Under the pieces are notes generated by a model, which saw nothing but the letters and a program-made list of their open reading frames with translations, ran no database searches and had not been told where the DNA came from. Positions 1-14,696 of a DNA stretch of 64,000 bases are shown piece by piece. Position 1 is the first letter of the stretch; the number at the start of each line of letters is the position of its first letter. Location of the stretch: the NCBI RefSeq assembly GCF_006345805.1, contig NC_043010.1, positions 64,728,001 to 64,792,000 on the forward strand, in the 5' to 3' direction. Source of the DNA: Octopus sinensis (lineage: Eukaryota). A program made the translations under genes and the position numbers.

Positions 1-547
1 TAACTTTCATTTTTTCATTAGAGCTAACGTTTCTTTTCGTCAAAATCTGTTCGGTAGAATTAGTATTCTATACGTACATGTGTCGAGTCAATTACCAATA
101 TCTATATATTGCCAGTCTGTACAACTTTGAAAAGTTAATGTTTCTTTACCGAAATGCGTATTAACAGTTACATGAATGTACATGTGTCAAAATATTTATA
201 AGGTCCTGATAATAGTGAATGTTTCAGATGACATTGATATATTAATAAAAATTGCACTTATGCATTTCTATCGAATACTAATATATTTTACTTACAATAA
301 AAGTATGTACTAAAAGTTAATGAAAATTTTCCACGTTAAAATAATAGTAAAAATACAATTGACAGTAATGAGACTGTGATTACTATATCTCATACCGGTG
401 AACAGAGGAAAGGGGTTCTGTTCATGCATTATGTTAAGAATTGTTTACATAATGGGTTCATAGAACAATTCCAGAGTAATGTAAGTGAAATAAAATGACT
501 AAATAATTAGTAAATTAGTGTACATATATATATACATACATACATGA

Positions 548-610
<63 letters not shown>

Positions 611-847
611 GAGAAGGAGAAAACTAGCGAGGGACAGAAAGCAGAATAGGGTTGGGGCGTGTTAATGTGTAATATTTATTTACATATAGTGCATTTTTCG
701 GTGATGGAAAATAACTATAAGTGGTATGTGAACAATTTCATTATAGGTACGTCCCTGTCATTGACTTTACTGAAAATAAATATAACTCAAATATGTCGTC
801 CTTAACATTATTTGATTTCATATATACATACATATATATATACATAC

Positions 848-929
<82 letters not shown>

Positions 930-1049
930 ATGCTGAGGCGAAATGGCCCAGTGGTTAGGGCAGCGGACTCGCGGTCGTAGAATCGCGGTGGGGGGAGGGG
1001 GTTGGCGATCCCTGCTGGCCTGCTCGCTTAGCCAGCGGAGTGGCGTCAT

Positions 1050-1545
1050 TTGAAAGCGTTCTCACTGCTCATGATTTGGGTCACAAAAAATTTAATGAAA
1101 TTTAGGAAGGTGACTGTGGAGATAGTGCAGCTTTATACTCATATTTGCTCCCAAATTTTGAATGTTCCCCAGCAAGTTGTCAACTATTTTGGCATATGTG
1201 GCTGCTTTCTTGTTGCGCGGAATGCCATTAACAACTATTAAAATGAATTTCATACTGTTGTTTCAATGCAAGTTATAGAGATTGCAAAGTTCATATCTTC
1301 GATTCTGATTTGAGATCTATCAAATACTGTGTTGCAGATACAATGAAAGTGTGGTCTATCGTTATCCAGAGCTTTAACAAACTGCTTCAAAATGCCAAGT
1401 ATGAAACGGAATGGAGATAGGGTGATTTTACTCGGTTGAACTAAAGGCTCGTTAAACACATTAATTGACCCTGGAACTAATGTTTGTTACGGCCATTTTT
1501 TCGTCACCCAATGTTTTTCCTCTGGCTTTGCTGCCCAACATATGT
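1050..1545 (-). mobile_element. Chapaev3/CMC-like DNA transposase relic
   Basis: Degenerate KHWVTKKWP, NEPLVQPSKI..LGILKQFVKALD, VFDRSQIR, NKKAATY..LGANMSIKLHYLHSHL; same family as 26920-28860. Confidence 0.75.
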
Positions 1546-1619
1546 AAGTTTCGTATAAAATTTTATATGCAAACAATGTATGTACGTATTTTTGAAAAAT
1601 ACATATATACAGATAAACA

Positions 1620-1718
1620 AACAGACAGACAGGTGGGCAGATAGGCAGGCAATCAGGCAGGTAATCAGGCAGGCTGACAGACAGACAGACAAAGAGAGAC
1701 AGACAGACTGACAGATGC

Positions 1719-1771
<53 letters not shown>

Positions 1772-1772
1772 C

Positions 1773-1817
<45 letters not shown>

Positions 1818-1834
1818 TAAATAGAGAGATAGAG

Positions 1835-1883
<49 letters not shown>

Positions 1884-1940
1884 CATAGATACATACATAC
1901 ATACATACATACATACATACATACATACATACATACATAC
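1620..1940. repeat. Compound microsatellite (CAGA/GATA/TA/GATA/CATA)n
   Basis: Direct inspection. Confidence 0.97.
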
Positions 1941-2492
1941 TTAGAGGATACAAGAATTGGAAATAAAACTGAAATTCCTTCGCTTTGTATTCAAGTGGAA
2001 AAAGCACTGTAAATATCTGTGTTAGTTAATTCCTACGAATTTATGCTGTAATTTACATAAGCCGATTGAAACGAAGATTTCATGCTTCAAATAATATTAT
2101 AGTTTAAGGCGTTTATCTTTATCAGTAAACAGCACCAGTTTTGTATGTGTTTAACTCAGAAACTATAACGAGAAAGGTGTCAATGAATACTGCCATGCAT
2201 TTATTATTTACTTTGTATATATTTATAACTTACCCTCTTTTAAAGCAAAGTTCGATTCATGTATGTTCACTTGGTTAATCACATCCTTGAAATTATATAG
2301 AAAATGGATGTCTAGTTTAAACAATACAAATATTAGATCCATACATTCACGGGAAATTAATTATATTTATGAAATATAAACTATATAAGATTATGATGAA
2401 ACAGGGTATTAAGGCATATCGATGGTTGATTTTTCTATTGATTTCAATAAGAATTGATCACGTCTTCAGTCGCAATTACATTTCCGGCTTAC

Positions 2493-2642
2493 CTGAAACT
2501 GATGCTCCAAAATTGATACTCTTGATGAATTATCAGTTTCCTTTATTCTAGAGAATTCTTCTGGAATGTTACTGACATCGATGTCGTAATCTCCGGTGAG
2601 AATGTTCTCGACTAAAACATCATATATAAACTCCAACTGTAT
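2493..2642 (-). CDS. PTP exon 8, end of D1 and linker (150 nt, phase 0-0)
   Basis: tcgtag|...|gtaagc; [50 protein letters not shown]; resembles a D1-D2 linker, implying more exons downstream. Confidence 0.9.
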
Positions 2643-3898
2643 CTACGAAAAAGAAAAAGAGACGGATCAGTTTAAAATTGCACGAACACTGTTGTCAGTA
2701 AACAATGGATTTTGATATAGATATCATTCATTATGTTTCGTAGTCACAAGTTTGGTAAAGAGAAGAGAACTCCTTTGTTTCATGCAAATATTCTTTTGAA
2801 GGATGAAGTGATTAGGTGAGATCAATACAATTATTAGTTTGAACTGATATAAATCGTATTTAGACGTTACAAATTGAGGTTTGAATGAGAATGTAAGAAA
2901 CGGTGTGGATTTGACGTTTTCCAACAATATATGTATCTGAAGATAGAGAAGGTCTTAAAAGTATTAAATAATGCCAGTATTTATATACTACATAACGCGA
3001 ATATCTTGTTAGAATACCGTGTTACTGTAGTATTTGCTCTGAAAGGTCATTCCATGCAGACACACGGTGCTAAAAGCACAGACATATCGTTAGTAATCGT
3101 GATCTAGTAGCATGTGTGGCGGGTCCTTTTTCAGCAGCAGGCGCATGGCCATTACATGCCAGTCAATACATCAACGTTTGATATTAATACTGCTTCTGAT
3201 TTAATGGTTTCTTTTTTCAAGTGTCAGCCGGCTAACTGAAATCTTAGTGACTTAGCAGTTACTATTTTTCGACATATATTGTTGGTAATGAGATTTGGCT
3301 GGTACACACTAAGCAGATCTCCTACTACTGAAATTATGTGATCTAGAATTTCCACGACTTATTCTTATCCATTGTCCTCTGCTAGCATTTCCACTACTTA
3401 TCCTTGTCAATTGCACTGTGCTTTTAGCTCTGTACATATATTACAGGCTCTCTCTGAAGGTGAATATCGCAGTAATGCGTTGTTCTAACAATACATCCTC
3501 CTTATTTAGAATATAAAGATTATCATTCGGTATAAATACTGCTTCCGTGGCTAGAAGTTATTTATTAACACACACGCGCGCTCTTATTCTCTAGAGAGGA
3601 TTATATGCAAAACAACAACCTTCAACAAACACTCAGTGTTCATGCATGACTTAATATAAAAACTAAAGTTGAAATATTTTACCGAGGCGCAATGTCTTTC
3701 CAATCCCATGGTCACCAGGCACATAATTTGTTGAGGAATTTAGTAGAATTCAAAAACATGTGTAAGTAGCTTGCTTACCAACTACATAGTGTCGGTTTCA
3801 GTCCCACTGCGTTGCATCTTCGGCAAGTGTCTTTTACTATACCTTCGTACCCAATGCCTTGTGAGTGGATTTGGTAGATGGAAACTTAAAGAACTGTC

Positions 3899-3949
<51 letters not shown>

Positions 3950-6900
3950 CGAATGAGAACCCAGGTTCGAAATTTCACCAAGACACCTGATGAATGTTGC
4001 AGGGTATATCAGCCGAAACGTTGCGTTAACAACAAAGAAGATGACGACAAATATCCGTCAAATGTAAATAATGTACAAAATTCCTCATCTCTTAAATACA
4101 GAACTGAAAATTATCGTATTTTATGAGAGATAAATTTGTTTCAGGGATTATATGTGTCTTGATGGTAACTTGTCTCAACTCAAAACAAACTATGGAATTG
4201 TAGCAATAGTTATGTTCTATACTCTCATAACAGCTATAACTGAAGAACGACTCACTCACAAATACTTCAGAATTTCTGTGCTGCTTCCTCTGTTGATTCT
4301 GACGATAAGCAACTGACTTCCAACAAATAAAATTAGAGTAAACGTAATGGTATTCCACAGACACATGCACTCTTAATATAAATCCCAGTGGGTCACAACG
4401 CCACAAGACTGGAATTTTGATTGGAAAGCACAAACTAGTGAAAAAGAGAGGGAGAAAGAGAAAGAGAGAAATGTGAGGGTTAGAAAAAAGATTAAATCTC
4501 AACACCAAACAGGTACTTTTGAAATAAGAGTGCAGAGGCAATTACGAATCCTGCAAGCCATTTTCCCTGGTATTGGAAATTTCTGCCAGTTCACCGCCTC
4601 TCAAGAAATAGCCAAATTATAGAAGATAACAGCAATGACCATTGCCGCTGAAAGAAAAGATGAAAGCAAGCCCATAAAAGGGAGAGTCCCTGAGAGTTAC
4701 AAGCTATTAGACTAAGTATTTTTTCTTATTTACGTTGTCATTAACTCACCCTTTTCTGGACCATATGCATCCTCTCCTCCCGAAGCTTCGTAACACATGC
4801 CAATACATCAATAGCTTCACCACTCAACATTTCATTGAGAAGAATGTCAATGCAAATGTAAGTTCCGGTACGACCGACACCAGCACTGAAAGAAGGGTCA
4901 AGGACAATAAAATGTCTATGATTGCTTCCAACAATTTAATGAATAACAAAATAAATACATGGATTAGGCTTAGAGAACATAAACCAGTTATTTTGGTTTA
5001 CTCAAGAGTAGGGAAATAGAAGAGTTGAATGTTAGTAGAAATGGGATCCTAAATTTGCAGTAATGTACCTAGCACTATATTTCGTACCATCAGCCAAAAC
5101 AGTTTTAAATAAAAATTTTCTATAGGGGTGAAAACAATCATTATCAACATCACAGATTCTTCTGACTTATGACAATGTTAGTTAAAGTTTCTTGACTCAC
5201 TACATCACATATACCTACATTATTATGACCTAGGAGGCAACCCTTGGTAATTTCTCTGCGATTGTTTCTATTTCTTAAACTATCTCGGTTTGTAGATTTG
5301 ACCTCTTTGTTGACGTGATGTTATGAGTTAAAATGTTTTCTTTGATTAAACGTAAGTTGATTCTGAAAACTTTATAAATGTTATTGTTAAACAAAAGGTG
5401 GCATACGTAGTAACAGTTTTCAGAACACCATTTGGTTCAGTTTAGGCAAAATATTCGTGGAATCTTACACCTTAGGAATATAATTTTACTACAAAGCACA
5501 GTGAATAATAACAAAACATTTCAAACTTTTAAGATGATGTTATTAAAACACAGACAACTAAACAACCGCACATTCATAAGCATTATTTTTATTTCTCGCT
5601 TCTCAAATGAGTAGTATGAAATATAAACAACGCTACGTGGGTATATTTACAGACAGCTTCAAATTCATCTCTGCCTGTATTGATCCTCTTTCAGAAATTG
5701 GGAAAAGAGAAGCAACATATCATTCTATACAGAGTATAAATTATGCTTATTATAAATATAATTTTATCTATATAAATATATAAAATATAAATCAGGTTTA
5801 AATAATTATAGTTACAAACCTGCAATGTACGACCACAGGGTATTTTATATCCATGCTCTTAATAGCATGTATAAAGTTTAATATATATTCTGCATGTTGT
5901 GGAATGTCATGATCTGGCCATTTTCTAAAGAAGAATTGATCGATTGTCCAACTTTCATTTTCATTCTGAGAAACACCTGTCTGTAAATAAACATCAGTCT
6001 GTAAATAAAACGAAAAAATGTTTGAAAAGAATTGTGATGCGCGAATATAATGAAGCACATATAAAGCAACATAATACTGTTGTAATATACTTTTTAATGA
6101 TGTTACTTTTGAGAGTTTTTATATTATTAAACACCAACCAAATCGTTTCATACCTCGATAACATTTTCAAAACGAAATAATATATTTCTGATTAAATGTA
6201 AACTTTAAACTATATTAGTGCTTGCATCAATGAGAAAAATCGGACCTACAACCTAAAACGAGGGAACATTTAAGCAATCACTCAAGCATCCAGAAAAAGC
6301 AGCTAACTCAATCAAATCAAATTGCAGAATCTATAAATAAAACATTGAGTAGCGTAGTGGTGGATATACAAAAGGCAGGGTAGTGAATGCTTGAATGTCT
6401 GTCATGATCAAAGGTTGACCTTATCCGAAGCAATGCCCTAGTCCGAAGCAATGCCAATGTAGAATAATTATGAATATATCAGAGATGCTATTATATTAAT
6501 TAAAAGATAAAATCTGATTGCTGTTACCGCTATGTGTCATTGGAATGTTATAAATAAGTCTTTGAATGTGTAACTATTTATCAAATAGTCCCGTCCGAAG
6601 AAGACTTTCGGGAGAAATGACTAGTGTGTATATAATTTTGTCGACCTGTCTATCGGATATTGTTGTACATCGCTGGTCACAGTTTTGATGCTGATATTCT
6701 TCTACATTTTAAATGATACCACCCAACCTGTCTAGGCCGCAGGCAAACGTAACTCTTCCGTAGTCTGTCACAGGGTTCATTATTTAATGCCCAGCAGAGA
6801 GAAGCAAGTGAAATTATGTTTTGTTCAAAAATACACTCAGGACCGGTCTGGGAATCAAAATCACTATAACGCGATCGTGAGTGCTCTAAGCCACTCAACC

Positions 6901-9900
6901 TGCACACACACACGCACCCACCGAACGACACACACAGACACAGACACACACACACACACATGCTCACACTCACACACGCACACACTCACACATTCACATG
7001 CAAACACACAGGCATACGCGCGCACATACACACACACACACAGGCACACGCACACTCACATACGCACACGATCACACACATACACATATATACATATATT
7101 TATATACACGTATACATATATGTTTGTGCGCGTGTTTGTGTGCACATACGAGTGCTAGTGTAAAATTATGTTAACTGTTTGTTAGAGAATAAAACGAAAA
7201 ACAAATTAATTCTGTGATCATTGCTTTCAATTCCTTTTCTTTCATTGACCGGTTTGTCCAGAAATTTTTAACCGTTTATTCATTTCAGTAAATCGTTGAC
7301 TTCAGTCTGCGACTATCATTAAATAGTTGATTAGTTTTAGCAATATTTTGGTTCATCTCATGAACAATTAAAAAAATCACAAAATTTTGAAGTTGCAGTT
7401 ACTCTAGAATTTTCCTCAGTTTGTTGCTTATGTTTCCTCATACGTTCACAAAGTGAGTTGCCGTTTGACAGTGGAATTTCTTTTTACTCTATAGGGTAGA
7501 TTATACAATATAACAGATTCTTGTTTTTATACTTCATGGAAACATTTATTTGGAGAGAAAACCCACTTGTAATAGGTGTCATTATAGAACACTGTACAAT
7601 GGAAACAAGCACAGTTTAAACACGATAAGCACGTTATTTTCTTTATTAATTTCATGTCAAAATAAATGTTGTCCACAAAGAATTATATACTATTTGAATG
7701 CTTTTGATGTGGACTTCCTTCTCATATAGTTTTAATTACAATCCGACAGTTACATATAATGTCAGTGTGTCTTAAGCACTCTTGGATTTTCATGTATTCT
7801 CAAAGTATGTTCCGGCTTTTTCTTTATTTGTTGAATGGCAGCCATCGCTCTAGCTCAATGCGCTCATGTGCCATAACTCAGGTTTTGTTTAAAATTATAA
7901 TTGCAAGTCGATTAATATTTTAGCCTTATTTTGATATAAAACTTGATGGTAGTAGGTCAGATCATCGTTAAGAAATATAAAAATTAAATATTTTATCATC
8001 ACTTTTCATTGAGAAAATAGCATAATTTCTTTAAGGTTGTAATACCATCAGAATGAAAATTTCTTACTAAATCATCGTGGTCATTGCCGATCCTGGCAAA
8101 GTATGACGAAAAAGCGCAAAGTGAAAAATGAGGACTGCGTACTGACATTTTTTTTTCTTTACAATTAAAAAATATTGATGCTATTCTCGAAACTGATAGA
8201 TTTCCACTCGGTGAAAGGTCATACGCAAGACGAATTCATGGACTGAAATATCGATTTTGATTCACAGTTTCAAGAAACGAACAAATTAATTGTTAAGGAA
8301 ACATTTCTACGAGAATTCGCACTAAATTGAGTTAAATAGAGCCTTTAGAGTCCCAAATTAACATGCAATCGTCATACTGATAATGTTGTTTATTCCCTAT
8401 CGATGTGAACTGAGCGACGTATGAATTCTACCTCTCGCATATTCTTGTACAAGTTAGTTTCTTATTTCTTATAGTAATATTGATTTATTTTGTCAATAAA
8501 AATTATATTGTGCAATGAATATGTTATTCTATTAAAATCCGATGTTGTTGTTGTTTGTTCCTTGTCGAGCTATGCCTGGCTCATAAGAGCTGGTTTCCTT
8601 GTTTCATTGGCGTATATGTTCCCCAGTTGGATGACACACCGGTCCGTTACAGGTGAGCTGCTAGATGCAACAGTAAAAAGTTTGGGAAGGTTGTGGCGAA
8701 TGAGTCAGCAAATGTTCGCCATTACTTTCTGCCGAAACCATGTGGGGCTTAGGTGTTTCGCTCATAAACACATATATCTGAGATTCGAATCCGGGATCTT
8801 TCGACCGCGACTCCACTACCCTAACCACTAGGCCATGTTCCTCCATTAAATCCGATGTGATATTTTTGAATTTTTTCCCTCAATTTGAATACAGTCGGAT
8901 TTTTTATCATAACGTTTACATTTTAACAGGTGTTGATATACACTTTTATATTTTGTAACGATTATCTGACCTACCACTATCGATATTTATATCAAAATAA
9001 ACCTAAAACATTGCTCTACATGCATGCGTAACTATTGACAGAACTTAAGTTATAGCGCTCACGCTCATTGAACTAGATTGAGGGCTACTGGTCAGAAGTA
9101 AAAAAAAAAGAAAGAAATACGGGATAAACTTTGTATATGGGTGGAAATACCAGGGCGTTCGGGGGACTCTGATATCTTAAGTAAGTGTCAGATTTTGATT
9201 TAAAAGATATGAGAACAAAGTTCACATCCCGAACGTTCAAATGATATATAATGTTTCAAAGGAAATAGGTATTTTATCATGAAAACGACGTTGCCAAATT
9301 ATATCTGTGTCTCTCTCTCCTCGGATCTCTCCAACGATACTTACTAAATTTATTGTAAGGCTCCAAACTTAGAGAAGATTCAGTTTTATACCCCGTACCA
9401 ATGTATCAAACTGAGCCCCCTTTAGATAACGGGTCACAACATAACTGAATTTCATGTCTGAATATACATGAAATGCTTGCGATATGCATTAGAAAGTCGT
9501 AGTGGCATGTTTTAGAAACAGCAGCTAAACCTCCTTTAAATAAAATACTTGTCTCAAAATATTTTCATAATTTTCTTCCTAATATAAAGTCTTCTCCAAG
9601 TATCCGTTATCTCAGAATTGTATTGTTTTATGTGGATATCTAAAAATAGTAGGTTACTATAAATGAATTCTACGGTGAATTCCTGAATCAATAAATGAAT
9701 GAAATATCGTCAAATTGTAGTAAAATGTATGAAGTTCTTCATTTCATGTGTCCTACTCTAGTGCTCTATAACTTAAATTGTGATTCTTTTCGGATTTATA
9801 ATTTATTGACGATCCATCTCGATCCACGTGGTTTGTGTTAAATATTTGTCCAGCAGGCCAAGCTTCTACATATTCAAGGAAACCACTTAGTCTCTCAAAA

Positions 9901-12317
9901 ATATGGAGAGTCTTGACTTTGGCTATTCCACTAAACCTCGGCTACTCCACTACACCAGTTTACGAGCTGCACACTCGAGCGCTCCTAGAAAAATGATAGA
10001 TCTAATAAGAGGAATGCGATAGAAAGCCTTCTACCGCGATCTAATCACGCCATGCCCAGAAAACAACGCATACGGGATTAAATCTAGGAAGTGCCCACCC
10101 AAGATAAGGACCTCGAGCCCTTAGAAGCAGACATACTGGACATTATTCCCAGCCAAAAATTCAGTAAGTCCTCTTACTCCTTCCAACGTAAGCTTCGTGA
10201 CGACATTAATTTACTAAAATGATTCCAACATGTGCCTAATCTTCTCAGATAGGACTAAACATTTATATAGGATAGACACCCATACTTATGACGGGCTGTT
10301 AGAAAACAATATTACACAGAACTATAGGCTCGCTTCGGCATATACGTACAACACCAACAATGAAGCCAAACAATTAGCCAACGACTTAGATATTGAAGAT
10401 AGGGTAGAAATTTTAATTAAAAGGATCACCTTCATTACTATCAAAGCCCATAAACCCAACTTTGCCTCGAACCTCAAAAGCCGCCTGTCAACCCGGCAAA
10501 ATCCAAGATCGGTCTAGCGAGCAAACGCATACTGAAGAAAATCAACAATAACATAAGGAGAGCTACCAACGTCTCCCTGATTTGGGGTTGTATGGGAGGT
10601 TATTAGGAACACAGTACTTCCTAAAGAGCACACGTAACCCTTAATGTATTTTTATGCTGTTGTTTAGCAAAAGCTTTTTGAGAGAGTTTATGCGACATTC
10701 GATGTCTGTCTGCACTGATCTCAAGCCCCTACCTCCTTTATCTCTTTTTAGTTAGAGCTAGTTTTGTGGAAGTTTCCAATTGATGTTAGAACCTTGTGGG
10801 TCGTAATGCCTATAGAGTGATTTCTTCTACAGACCAGTCAACTAGCCCAAATTTGGAATCAGCATATTGTCTTGTTGTAAGAGGAGTATTCGGACTGCCA
10901 TATTTTTCTAAGCCTTGTGTAATATTCTTAAATCACTCTCACTTTATTTACAGTACCTTGGTATGATATAATGGGTTGGTGCATAATTATTGCGGCTGCA
11001 TTTCAACAAATTTTATTCAACAAAAACAATAACTACATGTAACAAAAACATCTTTAAATGATTATTCCGGAGCATATTCACCATCTACTTCAATTACTGC
11101 TTCCGCTTCCCATTTGCTTGGCAGACAGTCAGACCGTCATTTAAAGATGTTTTCGTTAAATATCGTTATTGGTTTTGTTGTATAAAGTTTGTTGTAAAAA
11201 AAAGCCGCAATAATTATGCACCAACCCAATAATTTCATCAATACCGTTGTACTTGTAAAATTCCGTGTTTGGGACAGAGATTGTGAGACCACTGATTCAC
11301 AGCTTTGTGTCTGAAAGACTGCTTTTCCCCTTCATAAATTAAATACAAACAACTCTTCTGGCAAATTCCATTCCTATGTCAACCGAAAATGTTATTTATT
11401 CCAGTTTTTTGACATCGTTAACATGCTTAGCATAAATCGTGAGGTCATCCACATAGATATTATGCTTACATCAATACCTTTGCAGTTGCAGACCCTAGCA
11501 TGTAGCCATTTAATTTTGCAGCGGGAATGGCAATGGGTTTAACGCCAAAATAAACAGAAGTACAGAGAGATTGTCTCCCTGGAATATTCCCTTTGATATA
11601 TTTATGTCATTGGAGACAATCTTTGTCCTGAGTATGAAGATTGTGACTCAGGTCTTTATGAGCCGCTCAATGGCAGCAATTAAGGTAACAGGCAGTTTTG
11701 TGTAACGGAGACACTTCAGCAGCCATTAATGGAGAATAGAGTCAAATGCCTTCCTATATTGAAGACATACTCTTTTTTTTCTTCAGACAGTACAACGTTG
11801 TTTATCAGAATTTGTTCGGTACATCCTCATCTAGCCTTCTTTCCACCAGCTTGCACATCAGTTGGACTCACAATGATTCTGGAGGAATTGGTTGAAACAA
11901 CTTGTGTACACTTTACACATACTATTTAGGCTAGCAATGGGCCTATAGTTTTCAGGCAACTCAGTGATTTCATTGTTGGCTACGAGTTTCGTTCGTGCTA
12001 TAGCAAACCAATTTGGTGTGTCAATCTGGCTGTCCATAATAATTTTGAATATACTTATTAGTGTTTTCCTGTAAAATGTCAGCATCTTATACAAGTATAC
12101 AAGTCCCTTCTAATTGGCTTCCCATTATGCAGTTTTTGACTAGAGCTCTAGTGAAAATTTTCAGGTTTATTGCATATGTTTTATGTTGATGTTGGCAGAG
12201 TATTATCTCTTTACTGCATTCAGTCACAATGCATTGAGGTAGAGATTCCTGTTTTTGTTCCAATTTTTCAACCAAACTGTTTCGAGATATTGTTGAGAAA
12301 GGACTTTCTTAATGACA

Positions 12318-12348
<31 letters not shown>

Positions 12349-14654
12349 TGTATGTATGTATGTATGTATGTATGTATGTATGTATGTATGTATGCAATCT
12401 CAGATATGTAATATATTTGGTAGAGAAATGTAACGAAGAGAAATGTTCGCAATTAGAAGACAATAGCAACTAGTTGGAATGTAAAACAAACAAGACACGT
12501 TATCCCAGCAGTAAGGGCTAAACCATGATTTCGGAGAAGAGATCTAGCCAGTTCTACAGTTCAAATTATTGAAAATAATCTAATTTATTAAGTTTTTAGT
12601 AACTGTATTGCGTATGTGATCCTTATATAAGAATTGAAATGGGGAAAGTACTTGTCTTTAAAGTACCAAAATTAGATTATTTGATACTATTAAGGTTATC
12701 ACCATTGCTTGTTTCTATGTTCAACGCACGCAGAATTGTGTTTATTAATTGCTTGTATTGTATAATTTCATGGAAGTTTTACATGCATTAAATTGCATGT
12801 ATGAGACGCTACCGTATGCAAACCCATTTATCTATCCGTATGTACATGTCTATAAATGTTATGTCCATTTAGATCCTGCAACTTGCTGGCACAATAAATA
12901 GTAGGCGGTAAAGTAAGCACCAGACTCAAATAATTACTTATATTCTTCGTTAATATGTATAAAACGATACAGACTACTCCGGATGTAGTGTTGAATGTAT
13001 GTTATATAAATAAATCAAGTGTAGAGTGGAGATGCATTTATTGTCAGAAACCAGTAAAAGTAGAAAGGGAAAAATATTTCTACTTTCTCTGTTTATTTTA
13101 TCAATCAAATTTTATATGAGGCTACAAATTTTTCAATGGTCTTCCAGAATTTCATCATTCTTGTTAATGTTTCTCAAATAAAATTTAGAAATATTTCAAT
13201 GAACGTTGATTTCACACTGCTACTATTTTAGTCCTTTTAAGAAACATCACTCTTATATAACATGAGATATTATGGAATGCCTTACCTTCGAAATAGTAAA
13301 ACTTCGGTGTATATACGTTGAATGATACATTGTCTTGATATGTGTAATTTGGATGGTTCCAAATGACTCATTATTCTCTTCATCTGGCCAATACTGCATA
13401 CACTTCATCTGCAAAATATATACTTCTTTAATATGTTCATAATTAAACCAAAATAAAGAGTATGTCCATTCTATAATCAAACATTTCAAATTATTGAAAA
13501 TAAGCAAATTTATTGAATTTTTAGTAACTGTATTGCGTATGTGGTCCTTATATAAGAATTGAAATGTGGAAAGTACTTGAGTGTAAAGTGTTGTGTGTGA
13601 ACAATTAAATATGACGAAGTGATCATTAATGTAGGAAAAGGTCTGTTTAAAGTGTGTCCTGAACCCTTTAATATATGCCATATTTAAGAGTAGATGGGAA
13701 CTCTGGGCAAATGTTGATTTCTAATATGTAGGGGATCTAAACAGGTTTAAATAATTACAACTAATAAATATCTATTATTAAGTTTCTAAAGTGGCTCACA
13801 TAAACTGCGTTTTCATGAACACACAGTATATGTGTATCTCTTTAGAGATTTATTTTTTCCCTCATGAAGGAGGAGGTGTCCAATAATAGATATAAATATT
13901 TTTTTATATGAATAGATAACCGGATCTCCAGAAACAGGCCATTTGATTATTGACTGGATTATTAATATCCAAACTTTCTTCTTTAGACTCTTAACTCTTT
14001 ATGATTTTGTTTTATAATCTATAAGAAGATTTATACATGTAATTGTTTTTTCAATATATTATTAATGCATATTAATATATTTATATATTTTTATATGCAT
14101 ATTTTTAATGTATTGATTACTCTTTATAGTTTCATTATATTTATATACCTATATAATTTTAATATGTCTAATGAATTAAATATACTCTTAAAGAAATGCA
14201 TTTATGTTGGGTCTATTGCTGAATATATGTATATATGAACTTGATTTGCCTAACTTTGATTCATACTTTTATATTATACAGGGTGATTCAAAAGTCTCTG
14301 TACATAGGAAAAATTTATCTTTTTATAAGTAAGTTTACAAGATCCCCTAGATTCCCTGATCTGACCCCTCTTGATTTCTATCTTTGGGGGCATTTGAAAG
14401 GCATGGTGTATCGCGGCAAGATAAAAGACATAAATCATTTGAAGGAACGTATCACCAACTCATTTGCACACGTATCACCAAATGTGCTATTACGAGTTCA
14501 CAGTGAGTGGGAAAACGTATTGCAATGTATATTCAAAAATTCAAAACAACGGTAACCATATACAGCCTGTTAATAAAATAAAATCTGTTATTATAAACTG
14601 TTTTTTATAAAAAGATAAATTGTTCCTATGTATGGCGACTTTTGAATCACCCTG

Positions 14655-14696
<42 letters not shown>

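Noticed and set aside
935-1000. tRNA-like sequences (also ~8770-8844, ~23560-23627, ~61777-61850)
   Set aside because: tRNA-derived SINE heads with no complete cloverleaf, followed by SINE body and tail.
1250-1459. ORF with plausible AG/GT sites, first taken as the next PTP (D2) exon
   Set aside because: Its translation (NEPLVQPSKI..LGILKQFVKALD..FDRSQIR) and neighbouring frames match the Chapaev3-like transposase also seen at 28400-28860.
1941-2006. Possible terminal exon CFFHLNTKRRNFSFISNSCIL-stop after a tttacag acceptor
   Set aside because: No PTP similarity; an open stretch this short is expected by chance.
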